NCBI GenBank assembly: GCA_037131225.1
Contig: JBAXRM010000001.1
Coordinates: 2,672-66,671 of the forward strand
DNA: 64,000 nt
Direction: 5' to 3'
Source: Nostocales cyanobacterium ELA583
GTDB lineage: Bacteria > Cyanobacteriota > Cyanobacteriia > Cyanobacteriales > Nostocaceae
A program made the position numbers and the translations under genes. Below, one piece after another: positions 63,951-64,000 of this stretch (its first letter is position 1; each line of letters opens with the position of its first letter). Under the pieces are notes generated by a model, which had not been told where the DNA came from, did not search any database, and saw nothing but the letters and a program-made list of their open reading frames with translations.

Positions 63951-64000
63951 TCTTTTGTACTTGTATTAAACTTGCAGCTATTGAGAAAAAAGTCAGTTCT

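Overview
This 64-kb window looks like a chromosomal segment from a filamentous, Nostocales-type cyanobacterium. Supporting evidence: HIP1 octamers (GCGATCGC, e.g. 201-208, 2236-2243, 5223-5230), heptanucleotide STRR-like tandem arrays in many spacers, several families of short hairpin or MITE-like dispersed repeats, and the gene content. I support about 45 protein genes, one tRNA-Ala(GGC) and no rRNA, CRISPR, transposase or integrase. Housekeeping genes include clpB, typA, a dnaJ-tusA-like-rsgA operon, prs, bioD, rpiA, murQ, a giant tamB-like gene, a GH57 glycosidase, an Nfu-type Fe-S protein and a 54-aa rubredoxin that the ORF track misses. Items worth a second look: (1) An aminoglycoside-phosphotransferase-type kinase plus a HopA1-family protein (11.1-13.5 kb) resembles the LanK/LanY dehydration module of class V lanthipeptides. 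It has no cyclase or Cys-containing precursor and sits directly upstream of the hopanoid genes hpnA and hpnH. (2) A Pix/Ptx-type phototaxis chemosensory locus (50.5-62.0 kb) has a 1655-aa methyl-accepting protein with seven GAF modules, six of them cyanobacteriochrome-like. This gene contains a perfect 353-bp repeat with a 549-bp period, a HIP1 octamer at the same codons of every module, a 24-nt in-frame insertion splitting the HIP1 site of GAF1, and inverted heptamer arrays bracketing it. (3) A Ser/Thr kinase fused to a ClpC-type N-domain is cut by an in-frame TAA, with the rest of the domain still readable downstream. (4) Heptamer arrays lie inside the rsgA reading frame and across the murQ 3' end. 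(5) A low-GC orphan N6-adenine methyltransferase lies next to the tRNA gene, and its 3' end is encoded by a dispersed repeat. (6) An SNF2 helicase is paired with a SWIM zinc-finger protein. All family assignments come from reading the translations and from memory of the families; no searches were run.
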